From positions 41,917-105,916 of the forward strand of contig DATDCY010000315.1 in assembly GCA_036524115.1 (NCBI GenBank): a DNA stretch of 64,000 bases. Direction: 5' to 3'. Within the stretch, counting starts at the first letter, position 1. The number at the start of each line of letters is the position of its first letter. The DNA comes from a bacterium (GTDB taxonomy: Bacteria; JAUVQV01; DATDCY01). The notes beneath the pieces were generated by a model. That model saw nothing but the letters and a program-made list of their open reading frames with translations. It did no database searches and was not told where the DNA came from. Positions 53,511 to 62,377 of the stretch are shown here, piece after piece. The position numbers and the translations under genes are program-made.

Positions 53511-54098
53511 ATGAGAAGTGGCGTGAATTCCGCCTCTCGCTTGTCAGGTCTAGTCATCCTCGGGGCCGTGCTGGTCGGGTGTGCGGGGGGGCAACAGTCA
53601 GCACGCCAGGAAACCTCTCCACAGTCGACTGCAGCGAGCACCGTCCAGAAGCTGAGCAGAAAGTACTCTCAGGTTGTCTTCAGCGGTGTTGAGGTCCCTC
53701 CCCAGATCGCCAAGGACTATCCGGAAGCTGCCGATCATTGCAGGGACGGCGCAATTGCCGAACTGAGGAAGAAGGGCTTGTTTGACAAGGTTGAAGCGGC
53801 TTCCGGGGAGCAGACCTACGGCAGCGATACACTCGTGGTGCGGACGAAGATCGAGGATATGCGATTGGTCAGCCGTTCCGCCCGCTTCTGGGGCGGTGCC
53901 TTCGCCGGGAAATCCAGCATGACGTTGAATGTGGAACTGGTGGAGGCGGGAACCGGGAATGCCCTGGGCACGCAAAAACTGTCAAGTTCGAACAATGCCT
54001 GGGGTGCATCCTGGACGTTTGGCAGCAGCGACGCCTCCCTGCCCTCCGACATGGGCGCTGTCGTCGCGGAGTATGTTGCCTCCGTCATGCCCAATTGA
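53511..54098 (+). CDS. Lipoprotein, unknown function
   Basis: AAAGGAGG precedes the ATG. The signal peptide MRSGVNSASRLSGLVILGAVLVGC contains a lipobox. It lies in a locally lower-GC segment. Confidence 0.55.
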   Translation: MRSGVNSASRLSGLVILGAVLVGCAGGQQSARQETSPQSTAASTVQKLSRKYSQVVFSGVEVPPQIAKDYPEAADHCRDGAIAELRKKGLFDKVEAASGEQTYGSDTLVVRTKIEDMRLVSRSARFWGGAFAGKSSMTLNVELVEAGTGNALGTQKLSSSNNAWGASWTFGSSDASLPSDMGAVVAEYVASVMPN

Positions 54099-54108
54099 TC
54101 TTTCCGCT

Positions 54109-55596
54109 CTACACGCGGACCTCGCGGCGGAAGCGCTCCGGGCCGACGATGAACTGCACCGTGGCCAGCGACCCCAGGATCGTGCCCAGGATGCCGGGAG
54201 CCAGGACGCTCTGGCCGGCCAGGAAGAGGCCGCGCAGGGAGGTGCGGTTGAGCAGGGCGGCCGAGAGCATCTGCCCGGTGGAGCGCATCACGCCGTAGGC
54301 CGAGCCGCCGGGGCTCGCGACCCAGTCCCGGATGGTCAGGGGCGTGGAGACATCCAGGAGGCGCGCGTCGCCCAGGGGGCCGATGATCTTCTCCGCCTCG
54401 GCGATGACGCGACCGCCGAAGTCCGTCTTGGCCTGCAGGTAATCGTCGCCCCGGCGGCCGCTGAGCGTGTGCTGCCAAGGCTGCCACAACTCCTCGTGGC
54501 CGGAGGTGAGCACGGAAAGCAGATTCTGGTCCGGCCGTTCGCTCGGGCGCAATTGCAGGTACATCAGGTCCCGGGCGTCGCCGACGGCGTCGGTCTGGAC
54601 CGCGTAGAGATTGTGCGCCATGGCCGGCCGCCGCTCGGCCGGCACGAGGGCGTGCACTGCCGCCACGCTCCGCGTGTCCGTGAGGCCCAGGATGCGTTCC
54701 CGGTAGGAGCACTGGGTGCTCTCGGGGGCCAGCAGCTCCACCATGGCCTTGGGGTGCAGCGTGCTGACGACGAGGGGCGCGTCGACGCGCTCCCCCGACG
54801 CCAGGGTGACGCCCTGCACGCCGCCGCCGCCCGTCCGAATGCGCGCCACCCCATCCCCCGTGCGAACCGTGCCGCCCAGGGCGGCCAGGCGCCGGGCGCA
54901 GACGTCGGCCATGTGCGCGCCGTTGCTGCCCAGGCGCCACGACGAGGAGAGATAACTCGCCAGCGTCATCGTGTGATAGAAGTGGGGGCAGTCCGCGGGC
55001 GGGACCCCGATCAGGACCGACGGCAGGCCGAACACCGCCCGCAGCCCCGGCCGGCAGCCGAGGCCCTCGAGTATGCCTCCGAGAGGTGCGGTCTGCTCGA
55101 GCCAGTGCTGCGTCGGCTCGGAAGAGTAGAGAAAATCCAGGCGGTCGAACTGGACGGCGCTGCGGCGCAGCAGCTCCATCAGGGCGTCGATCTGGCGTCC
55201 CTGGTCCGGAAATGCGGCCCCCAGGGCGGCCTCGTAGGCCTCGAAACCGGCCGGCATGTCGAACGTGGCGATGCCGAGGCCCGGGTTGGTGAACAGATAG
55301 CGGTCGACGGGCCCCTCCGTGCCCATGCGCACCAGCGGCAGCTCGCCCGTGATGCCCAGGTAGTCGAAGCAGCGCCGCAGGATCTGCCCCTCGTCCAGGG
55401 CGCCCAGGTAGTGCACGCCGACGTTGCAGTGCACGCCCTGGCGCACGTAGCTGCGCATCATCCCGCCGGGCTGCCGGTTCTTCTCCAGCACCGTGACGTC
55501 GAAGCCCAGCCGCGCCAGGATGATGCCGGCGCTCAGGCCGCCGATGCCGGAGCCGATGACGAGCGCCTTTCCCCCTTCGTGTCGCAGTCTTCTCAT
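54109..55596 (-). CDS. FAD-dependent oxidoreductase, phytoene desaturase (CrtI)/amine-oxidase family
   Basis: The dinucleotide-binding motif is KALVIGSGIGGLSAGIILARLGFDVTVLEKN. The C-terminus is LFLAGQSVLAPGILGTILGS. The ATG overlaps the upstream stop (ATGA). The listed 718-aa ORF is over-extended at its N-terminus. Confidence 0.8.
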   Translation of the reverse strand: MRRLRHEGGKALVIGSGIGGLSAGIILARLGFDVTVLEKNRQPGGMMRSYVRQGVHCNVGVHYLGALDEGQILRRCFDYLGITGELPLVRMGTEGPVDRYLFTNPGLGIATFDMPAGFEAYEAALGAAFPDQGRQIDALMELLRRSAVQFDRLDFLYSSEPTQHWLEQTAPLGGILEGLGCRPGLRAVFGLPSVLIGVPPADCPHFYHTMTLASYLSSSWRLGSNGAHMADVCARRLAALGGTVRTGDGVARIRTGGGGVQGVTLASGERVDAPLVVSTLHPKAMVELLAPESTQCSYRERILGLTDTRSVAAVHALVPAERRPAMAHNLYAVQTDAVGDARDLMYLQLRPSERPDQNLLSVLTSGHEELWQPWQHTLSGRRGDDYLQAKTDFGGRVIAEAEKIIGPLGDARLLDVSTPLTIRDWVASPGGSAYGVMRSTGQMLSAALLNRTSLRGLFLAGQSVLAPGILGTILGSLATVQFIVGPERFRREVRV

Positions 55597-56417
55597 GGGG
55601 TCGCCATGACGGGGCGCTGTATGAGTTCTCCCAGCGGCAGGACCGCCAGGCCCTGCGCCCGGATGCCCGCGAGGATGCGGTCCACCTCCGAGAGCCAGAC
55701 GTCGGCGCCGGCAGGGTCCCTGGGCGCGACGTCGTGCAGCATGATGATGTCCTCCGACCGCAGGCGCTCGAGGATGCGCCGGGAGAGGCGGGTGACGCTG
55801 CGGTTGCCGCGGTCGGCGGCGCGCCTGCTGAAGTTGACGACGTAGAGGCCCGTGCGCGCCAGGGCGGCGGCCAGCCGCGGGTTGGTGACGCCCACCGGGG
55901 GCCGGAAGGCCAGCGGCCGGAAGCCGAGCTGCCGGAAGACCTCCTGCGCGCCTTCGATCTCCCGGACCAGGGCGCCGGTGCTCTTGAACATGATCAGGTT
56001 GTCGTGGCTGTACGAGTGGTTGCCGACGGTGTGCCCCGCATCGAGGATGGCGCGGACCAGCCCGGGATGACTCTGCGCCTTCTGCCCGGTGATGAAGAAC
56101 GTGGCCGGCGCGCCGTGACGGGCCAGGAGATCCAGCAGCCGGGAGGTGGTCTGCGGGTCCGGCCCGTCGTCGAAGGTGAGGGCCACCGCCGGCCGGCCGG
56201 AGCACCCGCGGCTGACGATGGGCAGGAAGAAGCTGAACGCCGGGAAGAGCGGCGCCGCCAGGCACAGCACCAGGAACAGCGCGGGCGGGACGAGGGCCAC
56301 GCGCGCGCTCAAAGGCAGCAGCACGACCGCCAGCGCCAGCGCGGCCAGGCCGGAGCGTTCGGCCAGGGTGAGGCTGCGTCGAGCGCCGCTGGAGGCTTGC
56401 ATGTCAGGTGGGGCCAT
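55593..56417 (-). CDS. Polysaccharide deacetylase (NodB homology) with N-terminal TM segments
   Basis: LTFDDGPD and GNHSYSHD are present. Confidence 0.8.
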   Translation of the reverse strand: MAPPDMQASSGARRSLTLAERSGLAALALAVVLLPLSARVALVPPALFLVLCLAAPLFPAFSFFLPIVSRGCSGRPAVALTFDDGPDPQTTSRLLDLLARHGAPATFFITGQKAQSHPGLVRAILDAGHTVGNHSYSHDNLIMFKSTGALVREIEGAQEVFRQLGFRPLAFRPPVGVTNPRLAAALARTGLYVVNFSRRAADRGNRSVTRLSRRILERLRSEDIIMLHDVAPRDPAGADVWLSEVDRILAGIRAQGLAVLPLGELIQRPVMATP

Positions 56418-56440
56418 TGCACCCGTGGGCGGGCGGGGCG

Positions 56441-57160
56441 TCAGATCGCCAGGATGAGCACCAGCAGCGCCATGAGGTGCGCGCCGATGATGGCCCAGCG
56501 GTTGCGGTGGTAGAAGGCGTCCAGCTTCTGCAGGTTCCGCAGCCCGCCCAGCAGCCGGCGCACGCGGTCCAGGGGAAGGTAGCGCTCGTTGTCGGAGGGC
56601 GAATTGCTCTGGAAGGCGAAGGAGGGATAGAGGGCGAACGCGCGTTCGTCCCTCAGGTCCCTCAGGAAGTCATCGTAGGGCACGCCGCGCCAGGGGCGCG
56701 CCATGAGGCGCTCGGCGAACCGCCCGCTGATCGCGTAGGCGTGCGTCAGGCTGCGATAGCGTACCCGGATCACGCCCGGGAATGGCGTGCGCCCGCTGGA
56801 CTTGACCATGCAGCCGAGGAAGAACAGGTGCCAGTCCGGTTCGGCGGCGAGAAACGCGGTGCAGCGCTCCAGGGCCGCGGCGCTGAAGCCATCGAAGAAG
56901 ATGTCGTCCTCGAAGATCAGCATCCGCCTGGCGCCGGCGGCCAGTCCCCTGGCCATGCACTGCAGGTGCGACTCGTAGCAGCCCTGCTCGCGGTCGGTGG
57001 GGTGCCTCGGCACGACGACGAACTCGACCCGGTCGGCCAGGCCGACCCCGGCGAACTGAGCCGCGGCCTCGGCGCGGCGGTCGGGCCGCTCGGCCAGCGA
57101 GATGCAGTAGATCTTGTCAAAGAATTCCCAGCCTGCCACCATGCTCACCGATGTCGACAC
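56441..57160 (-). CDS. Glycosyltransferase family 25-like protein with C-terminal TM helix
   Basis: FDKIYCISLAERPDRR resembles the GT25 N-terminus. This call is tentative. Confidence 0.45.
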   Translation of the reverse strand: MSTSVSMVAGWEFFDKIYCISLAERPDRRAEAAAQFAGVGLADRVEFVVVPRHPTDREQGCYESHLQCMARGLAAGARRMLIFEDDIFFDGFSAAALERCTAFLAAEPDWHLFFLGCMVKSSGRTPFPGVIRVRYRSLTHAYAISGRFAERLMARPWRGVPYDDFLRDLRDERAFALYPSFAFQSNSPSDNERYLPLDRVRRLLGGLRNLQKLDAFYHRNRWAIIGAHLMALLVLILAI

Positions 57161-57252
57161 ATTCTTCCCTCAGCGCCGCCGCGATTGTATATGAGGTGTT
57201 CATGCGGGGATACCACCGCCCAGTCCCTCTCGCACCGTTCGCCGGACCGTAG

Positions 57253-58671
57253 ATGAAGATCGTCCTGGTCCATCCCGCCGGCTCCAACTGGGTCCCCGGC
57301 AAGAAGGACGTGGCCGCCGTGGCCAACCGCATGGCGCCGCTGGGCCTGCTCTCCATCGCCGCCTACCTGGAGCGCGAGGGGCACGCCGTCACCGTGATCG
57401 ATTGCCTGGGGCCGCACCCCGCCGGCGCGCAGGAGACCGCACGGCGCATCCTGGCGTGCGGCCCCGACCTCGTCGGCTTCTCCGCCACCACGTCCGGCTT
57501 CCTGGACGGCCACGACCTGGCCGGCCGGCTCAAGGAGGCCCGGCCGGATCTGCCGATCGTCTTCGGCGGGGTGCACATCTCGGCTCTCGGCGCTCCGTTG
57601 CTGGACGACTACGCCCACATCGACTATCTCTGCATGGGCGAGGGTGAGCGCACCCTGGCCGAGCTGGCAGGCGGGCGGCCCCCCGCCGAGATCGACGGGC
57701 TGGCCTGGCGCGACGGCGGCCGCGCGGTGGCCAACGCGCCCCGGGCGCCGATCGCGGACCTGGACAGCCTGCCGTTCCCGGCCTACGAGAAGCTGGCCGG
57801 CTTCCCCGAGGGCTACAACCTGCCCCTGTTCAGCTTCGTCCAGGCCCCCGGGGCCACCATGGTCACCAGCCGCGGCTGCCCCTACCAGTGCTCGTACTGC
57901 GACCGCTCGGTCTTCAAGCAGGGTTTCCGCTACAACTCCGCCGACTACGTCTACGCCCACATGCAGCACCTGCGCACGCGCTTCGGCGTGCGCCACGTCA
58001 ACATCTACGACGACCTCTTCACGCTGAACCGCAAGCGCATTGCGGCGCTCTGCGAACTGCTGAGCGCGCGGCCCCTGGGGATGCAGTTCAACTGCGCCGT
58101 GCGCGTGGGCCACGCCGACGACGAGCTGCTGGCGATGCTCAGGCGGGCCGGCTGCCTGATGGTCTCGCTGGGCATCGAGACCGCCGACCCGGACCTGCTG
58201 GCGCAGCACAAGCCCGGCGTCTACCTCGAGGAAGTCCGGGAGACGGTCCGGCGCATCCAGGCCGCTGGTCTGCGCGCCAAGGGCCTCTTCATGATGGGAC
58301 TGCCCGGCGAGACCGTGGCCTCGATACGCACGACCAGCGATTTCGTCATCTCCCTGGGCCTGGACGACATGAACATGGCCAAGTTCACCCCGTTTCACGG
58401 CGCGCCGCTGTGGAAGACGATCCGGGAGGAGGGCCGCCTCGACGAGGACTGGCGCCGGATGAACTGCCTCAATTTCGTGTTCGTGCCCAGGAGCATCGAC
58501 TCGCGCGAGACGCTGGACCAGCTCTACAACACGCACGTGAAGCGCTTCTACTCGGACCGGGCGTGGCGTCGCAGGTTCCGCCGGCGGCTGTGGCAACACC
58601 GCCGCAGCCTGTGGCACCTGCTGCGGCACCTGCCGGACTTCCTTTCCGCGATGCGGACCTTCGAACCGTGA
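57253..58671 (+). CDS. B12-binding (class B) radical SAM enzyme
   Basis: The start is MKIVLVHPAG...LVGFS. The rSAM cluster is SRGCPYQCSYCD. The ORF is 472 aa. Confidence 0.85.
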   Translation: MKIVLVHPAGSNWVPGKKDVAAVANRMAPLGLLSIAAYLEREGHAVTVIDCLGPHPAGAQETARRILACGPDLVGFSATTSGFLDGHDLAGRLKEARPDLPIVFGGVHISALGAPLLDDYAHIDYLCMGEGERTLAELAGGRPPAEIDGLAWRDGGRAVANAPRAPIADLDSLPFPAYEKLAGFPEGYNLPLFSFVQAPGATMVTSRGCPYQCSYCDRSVFKQGFRYNSADYVYAHMQHLRTRFGVRHVNIYDDLFTLNRKRIAALCELLSARPLGMQFNCAVRVGHADDELLAMLRRAGCLMVSLGIETADPDLLAQHKPGVYLEEVRETVRRIQAAGLRAKGLFMMGLPGETVASIRTTSDFVISLGLDDMNMAKFTPFHGAPLWKTIREEGRLDEDWRRMNCLNFVFVPRSIDSRETLDQLYNTHVKRFYSDRAWRRRFRRRLWQHRRSLWHLLRHLPDFLSAMRTFEP

Positions 58672-58757
58672 CGCGCCTGCAAAGACCCCATCTGCGGCGT
58701 TGGGCTGCGTCCCTCCTCACTGCGGCGTACGACAACGTACGCCTCATTCGTCGGGAC

Positions 58758-59648
58758 TTGCCCGCCTTGCATCTGGGGCCTCTGCAAGCGCGTCAACGTT
58801 TTGCGCGCCCGTGGTGCGCGGGGATCGGGCTCCTGGCGGCCGCCGTCGCTCTCGCCTGGCCGGGCGGCGCCCGCGCCGAGCAGGCCCTGCGCCCGCGCTG
58901 GGAGATCGGCGCCGGCGTCGCCGCGTTTTCCATGCCGGCCTATCGCGGCTCGAGCGAGCAGCGGGGCTACCTCCTCCCGGTCCCCTATGCCGTCTACCGG
59001 GGGGAGGTGCTGAAGGTCGACCGGGAGAAGGTCGCCGGGATGCTCTTCTCGAGCGAGCACGTCAAGCTGGACATCAGCATGAGCGGGTCGGCCCCGGCTT
59101 CGAGCGACGGCCTGGAGGCCCGCCGGGGCATGCCCGACCTCGCGCCGTCGTTCGAGGTGGGACCGCAGCTCGACGTGATCCTGTCGGAGCGCGATCGCTG
59201 GCGCCTCGACCTCTACCTGCCGGTGCGCCGGGTGGTGGCGGTCGACGGCTCGGGACTGCACGCCATCGGCTGGGTGGCCAACCCGTCGCTCGGTCTCGCC
59301 GTCAAGGACGTGGGGCCGGGAGGGGGCTGGGAGCTCGGGATCTCGGGCGGCCCCCTCTGGGCGGACGCGGAGATGCACGGGTACTACTACGGGGTGTCCC
59401 CCGAGTACGCCACCGCTGACCGGCCTGCCTACCGGGCCCGCGGCGGATACAGCGGCACGGCGCTGACCGTCAGCGCGACAAAGCGCTTCGATCGCCTGTG
59501 GGTGGGCGCGTTCGTGCGGGTCAATCTCCTGCAGGGCACGGCCTTCGAGGGAAGCCCGCTGGTCGAGGAGCGCACCGGCTATCTCGCGGGCCTGGCGGTC
59601 TCCTGGGTGCCGCTGCAGTCCCGCGACCTGGTGCTCTCGGATTATTGA
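58758..59648 (+). CDS. MipA/OmpV-family outer-membrane protein
   Basis: The signal peptide is GIGLLAAAVALAWPGGARA. The beta-barrel pattern ends ...LAGLAVSWVPLQSRDLVLSDY. There is no ATG or GTG, so the start is placed at TTG about 58758 and is uncertain. It is embedded in listed ORF 57888..59648. Confidence 0.55.
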   Translation: MPALHLGPLQARQRFARPWCAGIGLLAAAVALAWPGGARAEQALRPRWEIGAGVAAFSMPAYRGSSEQRGYLLPVPYAVYRGEVLKVDREKVAGMLFSSEHVKLDISMSGSAPASSDGLEARRGMPDLAPSFEVGPQLDVILSERDRWRLDLYLPVRRVVAVDGSGLHAIGWVANPSLGLAVKDVGPGGGWELGISGGPLWADAEMHGYYYGVSPEYATADRPAYRARGGYSGTALTVSATKRFDRLWVGAFVRVNLLQGTAFEGSPLVEERTGYLAGLAVSWVPLQSRDLVLSDY

Positions 59649-59732
59649 CCGGGCCGCGGATCCCCCGGGGAGACGGCGCCGGGCCGCGGGCCGGCCTCGG
59701 CGCCGGAGGCCAGCCCGCGATCCTGAAGGCTC

Positions 59733-60338
59733 CTAGAAATTGTCGTCGAGTCGGAAGAGCAGCACCGCCGCGCCCCGGAACCCGTTCCTGGTGCCGTCGC
59801 CGTCGTCGTAGTCCGTCTCCCACGAGTAGCCGCTGAACTCGTACCCCGCCTCGAGTCCCAGCGTCACCACCGGCCCGAGGTTGAAGTTCACGCCGAGCGC
59901 CGGCCCGATCCCGATCCCGAAGTCCTGGAAGTCTCCGTTGAAGTCGCTGTCGTACCCGTAGGCGAGACTGATCTGCGGGCCGATCCAGAGCCGGAAGGGC
60001 GCGGTCCGCACCACTCCGAAGCCGAAGGTATTGGTCATGACCATCCGGTCGATCTTGAGGTCCCGGTTGCCCTGCCCATCTTCGACGGTCTCCCGCTCGT
60101 ACCCGAGGGCGAGACGGTAGTTGAAGATCCGATCGGCGGCGACGTTCGTGTCGAGGACGAAGTTCAGGCCCGTGGCCTTGAAGTCGTAATCCTCGTCGGG
60201 CTCGTCGAGACTGAGCGTGCCGCCTTTGACATCGACGCCCACCCCGATCCCGACTGCGCGAGCCGCGGTGGGAAGACACAGCGACACCGTCACGAGGGCG
60301 AGCAGTGCCAGTACCAAACCCGTCCGACGCACGTTCAT
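59733..60338 (-). CDS. Outer-membrane beta-barrel protein
   Basis: GAGGAGGG precedes the ATG. The signal peptide is MNVRRTGLVLALLALVTVSLCLPTAARA. The C-terminus is ...LLFRLDDNF. Confidence 0.6.
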   Translation of the reverse strand: MNVRRTGLVLALLALVTVSLCLPTAARAVGIGVGVDVKGGTLSLDEPDEDYDFKATGLNFVLDTNVAADRIFNYRLALGYERETVEDGQGNRDLKIDRMVMTNTFGFGVVRTAPFRLWIGPQISLAYGYDSDFNGDFQDFGIGIGPALGVNFNLGPVVTLGLEAGYEFSGYSWETDYDDGDGTRNGFRGAAVLLFRLDDNF

Positions 60339-60652
60339 GCATCCCTCCTCTGTTGTGTCCCGAGGCCGCGTCACGGGACCACCCCGTCACGCCAGGCCGC
60401 GGCACGGCAAGACCGACGATCGTCTTTCTTCAGCGACGCGAAGTCGTCGCGAGCGGGGTTCCTCCGGAGGTCCCCCGAGTCAGGATGGGAGGCATTTTCG
60501 GGTCGGGGTCCGGGTCTGTCAAGCAACTCCTGCCCGGAGGCGGTCGAGGGTCGTTCTTGACTTTGGCCCGGGACGTCATAGGTTTGTTCCTGAGGGTGCC
60601 TGATGTGCCGCGCACCCTGGCCGCAGCAGACAGCAAGAGAGGAGGACTCAGC

Positions 60653-61204
60653 ATGAAGATCGCCATCCGGTTCGCTCTCGGTGCCGTTGTCGTCGCAGCA
60701 CTCGCGGGCCCCCTGTCCGCCCAGCAGCCCGCGCAGGAGCCTGCGCCGCCGGCCGCGAAAGAGGCCGCGCAGGCCGCGCAACCGGCCGCCCAACAGCCCG
60801 CCGCCCAGCCCGCCCCGGAGGCGAAGCCGGAGGTCAGCCCGGAGGTCAGGAAGCTGATCAAGGGCGAGATCAAGCAGGCGGTCGCCGTGCTCGGCGCCGA
60901 CGGCATCCAGCGGGTCGAGATCCTCGGGGGCGGCTACTTCTACAACCCGAACTACGTCATCGTGAAGGTCAACGTCCCCGTCGAGATCACCTACAAGCGG
61001 GAGCCCGGCTTCGTCCCGCACGACTTCGCGATCAAGGCACCGGATGCCGGCATCAACTTCTCGGAGTCGATGGACACCAAGCCGAAGGTCGTGAAGTTCA
61101 CCCCGACGAAGACCGGCGTCTATCCCTTCTACTGCACCAAGAAGCTGCTCTTCTTCGCCAGCCACCGCGACAAGGGCATGGAGGGCGCCCTCGAGGTCCG
61201 GTAG
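60653..61204 (+). CDS. Secreted cupredoxin-like domain protein
   Basis: GAGGAGGA precedes the ATG. The signal peptide is MKIAIRFALGAVVVAALAGPLSAQ, followed by an Ala/Gln/Pro-rich linker. Candidate type-1 Cu ligands are H(VPHDF), C(FYCT), H(ASHRD) and M(KGM). Confidence 0.5.
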   Translation: MKIAIRFALGAVVVAALAGPLSAQQPAQEPAPPAAKEAAQAAQPAAQQPAAQPAPEAKPEVSPEVRKLIKGEIKQAVAVLGADGIQRVEILGGGYFYNPNYVIVKVNVPVEITYKREPGFVPHDFAIKAPDAGINFSESMDTKPKVVKFTPTKTGVYPFYCTKKLLFFASHRDKGMEGALEVR

Positions 61205-61242
61205 GGCGTTCCGGGCGGCGCCGCGGAGGGGGGCAGAGACGG

Positions 61243-61668
61243 ATGAAGGAACTCGTTCCCGTTATTCAGGTCCTTCACGCCGTCTTCAACGCGGCGCTCT
61301 TCGCGGCGTTCATCGTGCAGGGGACGCTCGGGTGGCGCATCCGGCGCAGGCGCCTCTCCGGGGCGTCCCCGGATTTCGCGGCGGTCAAGAAGCACCGCAG
61401 CCGCGGCCCGCTCCTCGCGAAGCTTGCGGTCGCGGGCTATCTCGCCGGCCTCGTCACCGCGTACCTGCATCGCGGCACGCTGGTCACCGCCCCCGCGCAC
61501 CTCGCCGGAGGGACCATCCTCCTCGCCTGCTGCTGGGTGGCGGTCGTCCTGGGAGGGCGCATCCGCGGCCCGCAGTCGCCGGCGCGCACGCAGCACCTGG
61601 CGGCAGGGGGCGCGACGCTCGTCGCGTTCGTCGTCCAGGTCTTCCTCGGCCTCAACGTCCTGCTCTAG
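61243..61668 (+). CDS. Small 4-TM membrane protein, unknown function
   Basis: Four hydrophobic helices are present. The ORF is 141 aa. Confidence 0.45.
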   Translation: MKELVPVIQVLHAVFNAALFAAFIVQGTLGWRIRRRRLSGASPDFAAVKKHRSRGPLLAKLAVAGYLAGLVTAYLHRGTLVTAPAHLAGGTILLACCWVAVVLGGRIRGPQSPARTQHLAAGGATLVAFVVQVFLGLNVLL

Positions 61669-61744
61669 CGTGGCCGCTGAAGGAGCCTGATCGGACGAGC
61701 GCTCCTTGACTTTGTCCCGGGGCGCCGGGAGAATCCTCGGCGCG

Positions 61745-62377
61745 ATGCGCGCGCACCAACTCCGATCGGCCCGCGGCGCGGGCGCCATGCTCGCCCTGTC
61801 CCTGGTGGCCGCGGCGGCGGGGGCGGGCGCCGCGACGACCGACGAGGTGCTGGCGCGGCTGGCCCGCGAGGCCGCGCGCGTCGAGACGCTGCAGGCGGGC
61901 ATCGTCCAGGAGAAGCGCCTCGAGATGTTCCAGGACACCGTGACCTCGCGGGGGCGCTTCGCCTACCGCCGCCCCGACCGGCTGCGCTGGGAGCTGACCG
62001 ATCCGGTCGCGACCGGCTTCGTCATCGCCGGCTCGTCCGGGCGGCGCTGGCACGGGCTCACGGGCAGGACGGAGCCGTTCACGCTCGAGAGCGACCCGAT
62101 GATGAAGGTCGTGGCCGGGCAGCTGCTGGCGTGGGCGCACGCCGACTTCGGCGCGATGCGCCGCGACTTCCGGATCGCCGTCGCCTCCGAGGCGCCGGTC
62201 ACGCTGCAGCTCGAGCCGCTGGCGGCCAACGCGTTCGTCGCGCGGGTGACGATGGTCTTCGCGGCAAGCGGCGACCACGTCGAGTCGGTCACCGTCGAGG
62301 AGAAGGGGGGGGACCGGACGGTCATGCGGTTCACCGACGTCGAGGTCAACCGGCCGCTGCCCGATGGACTCTTCTGA
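61745..62377 (+). CDS. LolA-like outer-membrane lipoprotein carrier protein (APE-cluster type)
   Basis: The start is placed at MRAHQLRSARGAGAMLALSLVAAAAGAGA. LolA-like segments are present (...RLRWELTDPVATGFVIAGSSGRRW...). Confidence 0.6.
   Translation: MRAHQLRSARGAGAMLALSLVAAAAGAGAATTDEVLARLAREAARVETLQAGIVQEKRLEMFQDTVTSRGRFAYRRPDRLRWELTDPVATGFVIAGSSGRRWHGLTGRTEPFTLESDPMMKVVAGQLLAWAHADFGAMRRDFRIAVASEAPVTLQLEPLAANAFVARVTMVFAASGDHVESVTVEEKGGDRTVMRFTDVEVNRPLPDGLF

Noticed and set aside
53929-58629. ORFs 53929..55845(+), 55734..56513(+), 56408..57256(+), 57145..58629(-) opposite the oxidoreductase, deacetylase, GT25-like and B12-rSAM genes
   Set aside because: They are antisense to genes with Rossmann, NodB and rSAM motifs. 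Their composition is typical of GC3-driven open frames.
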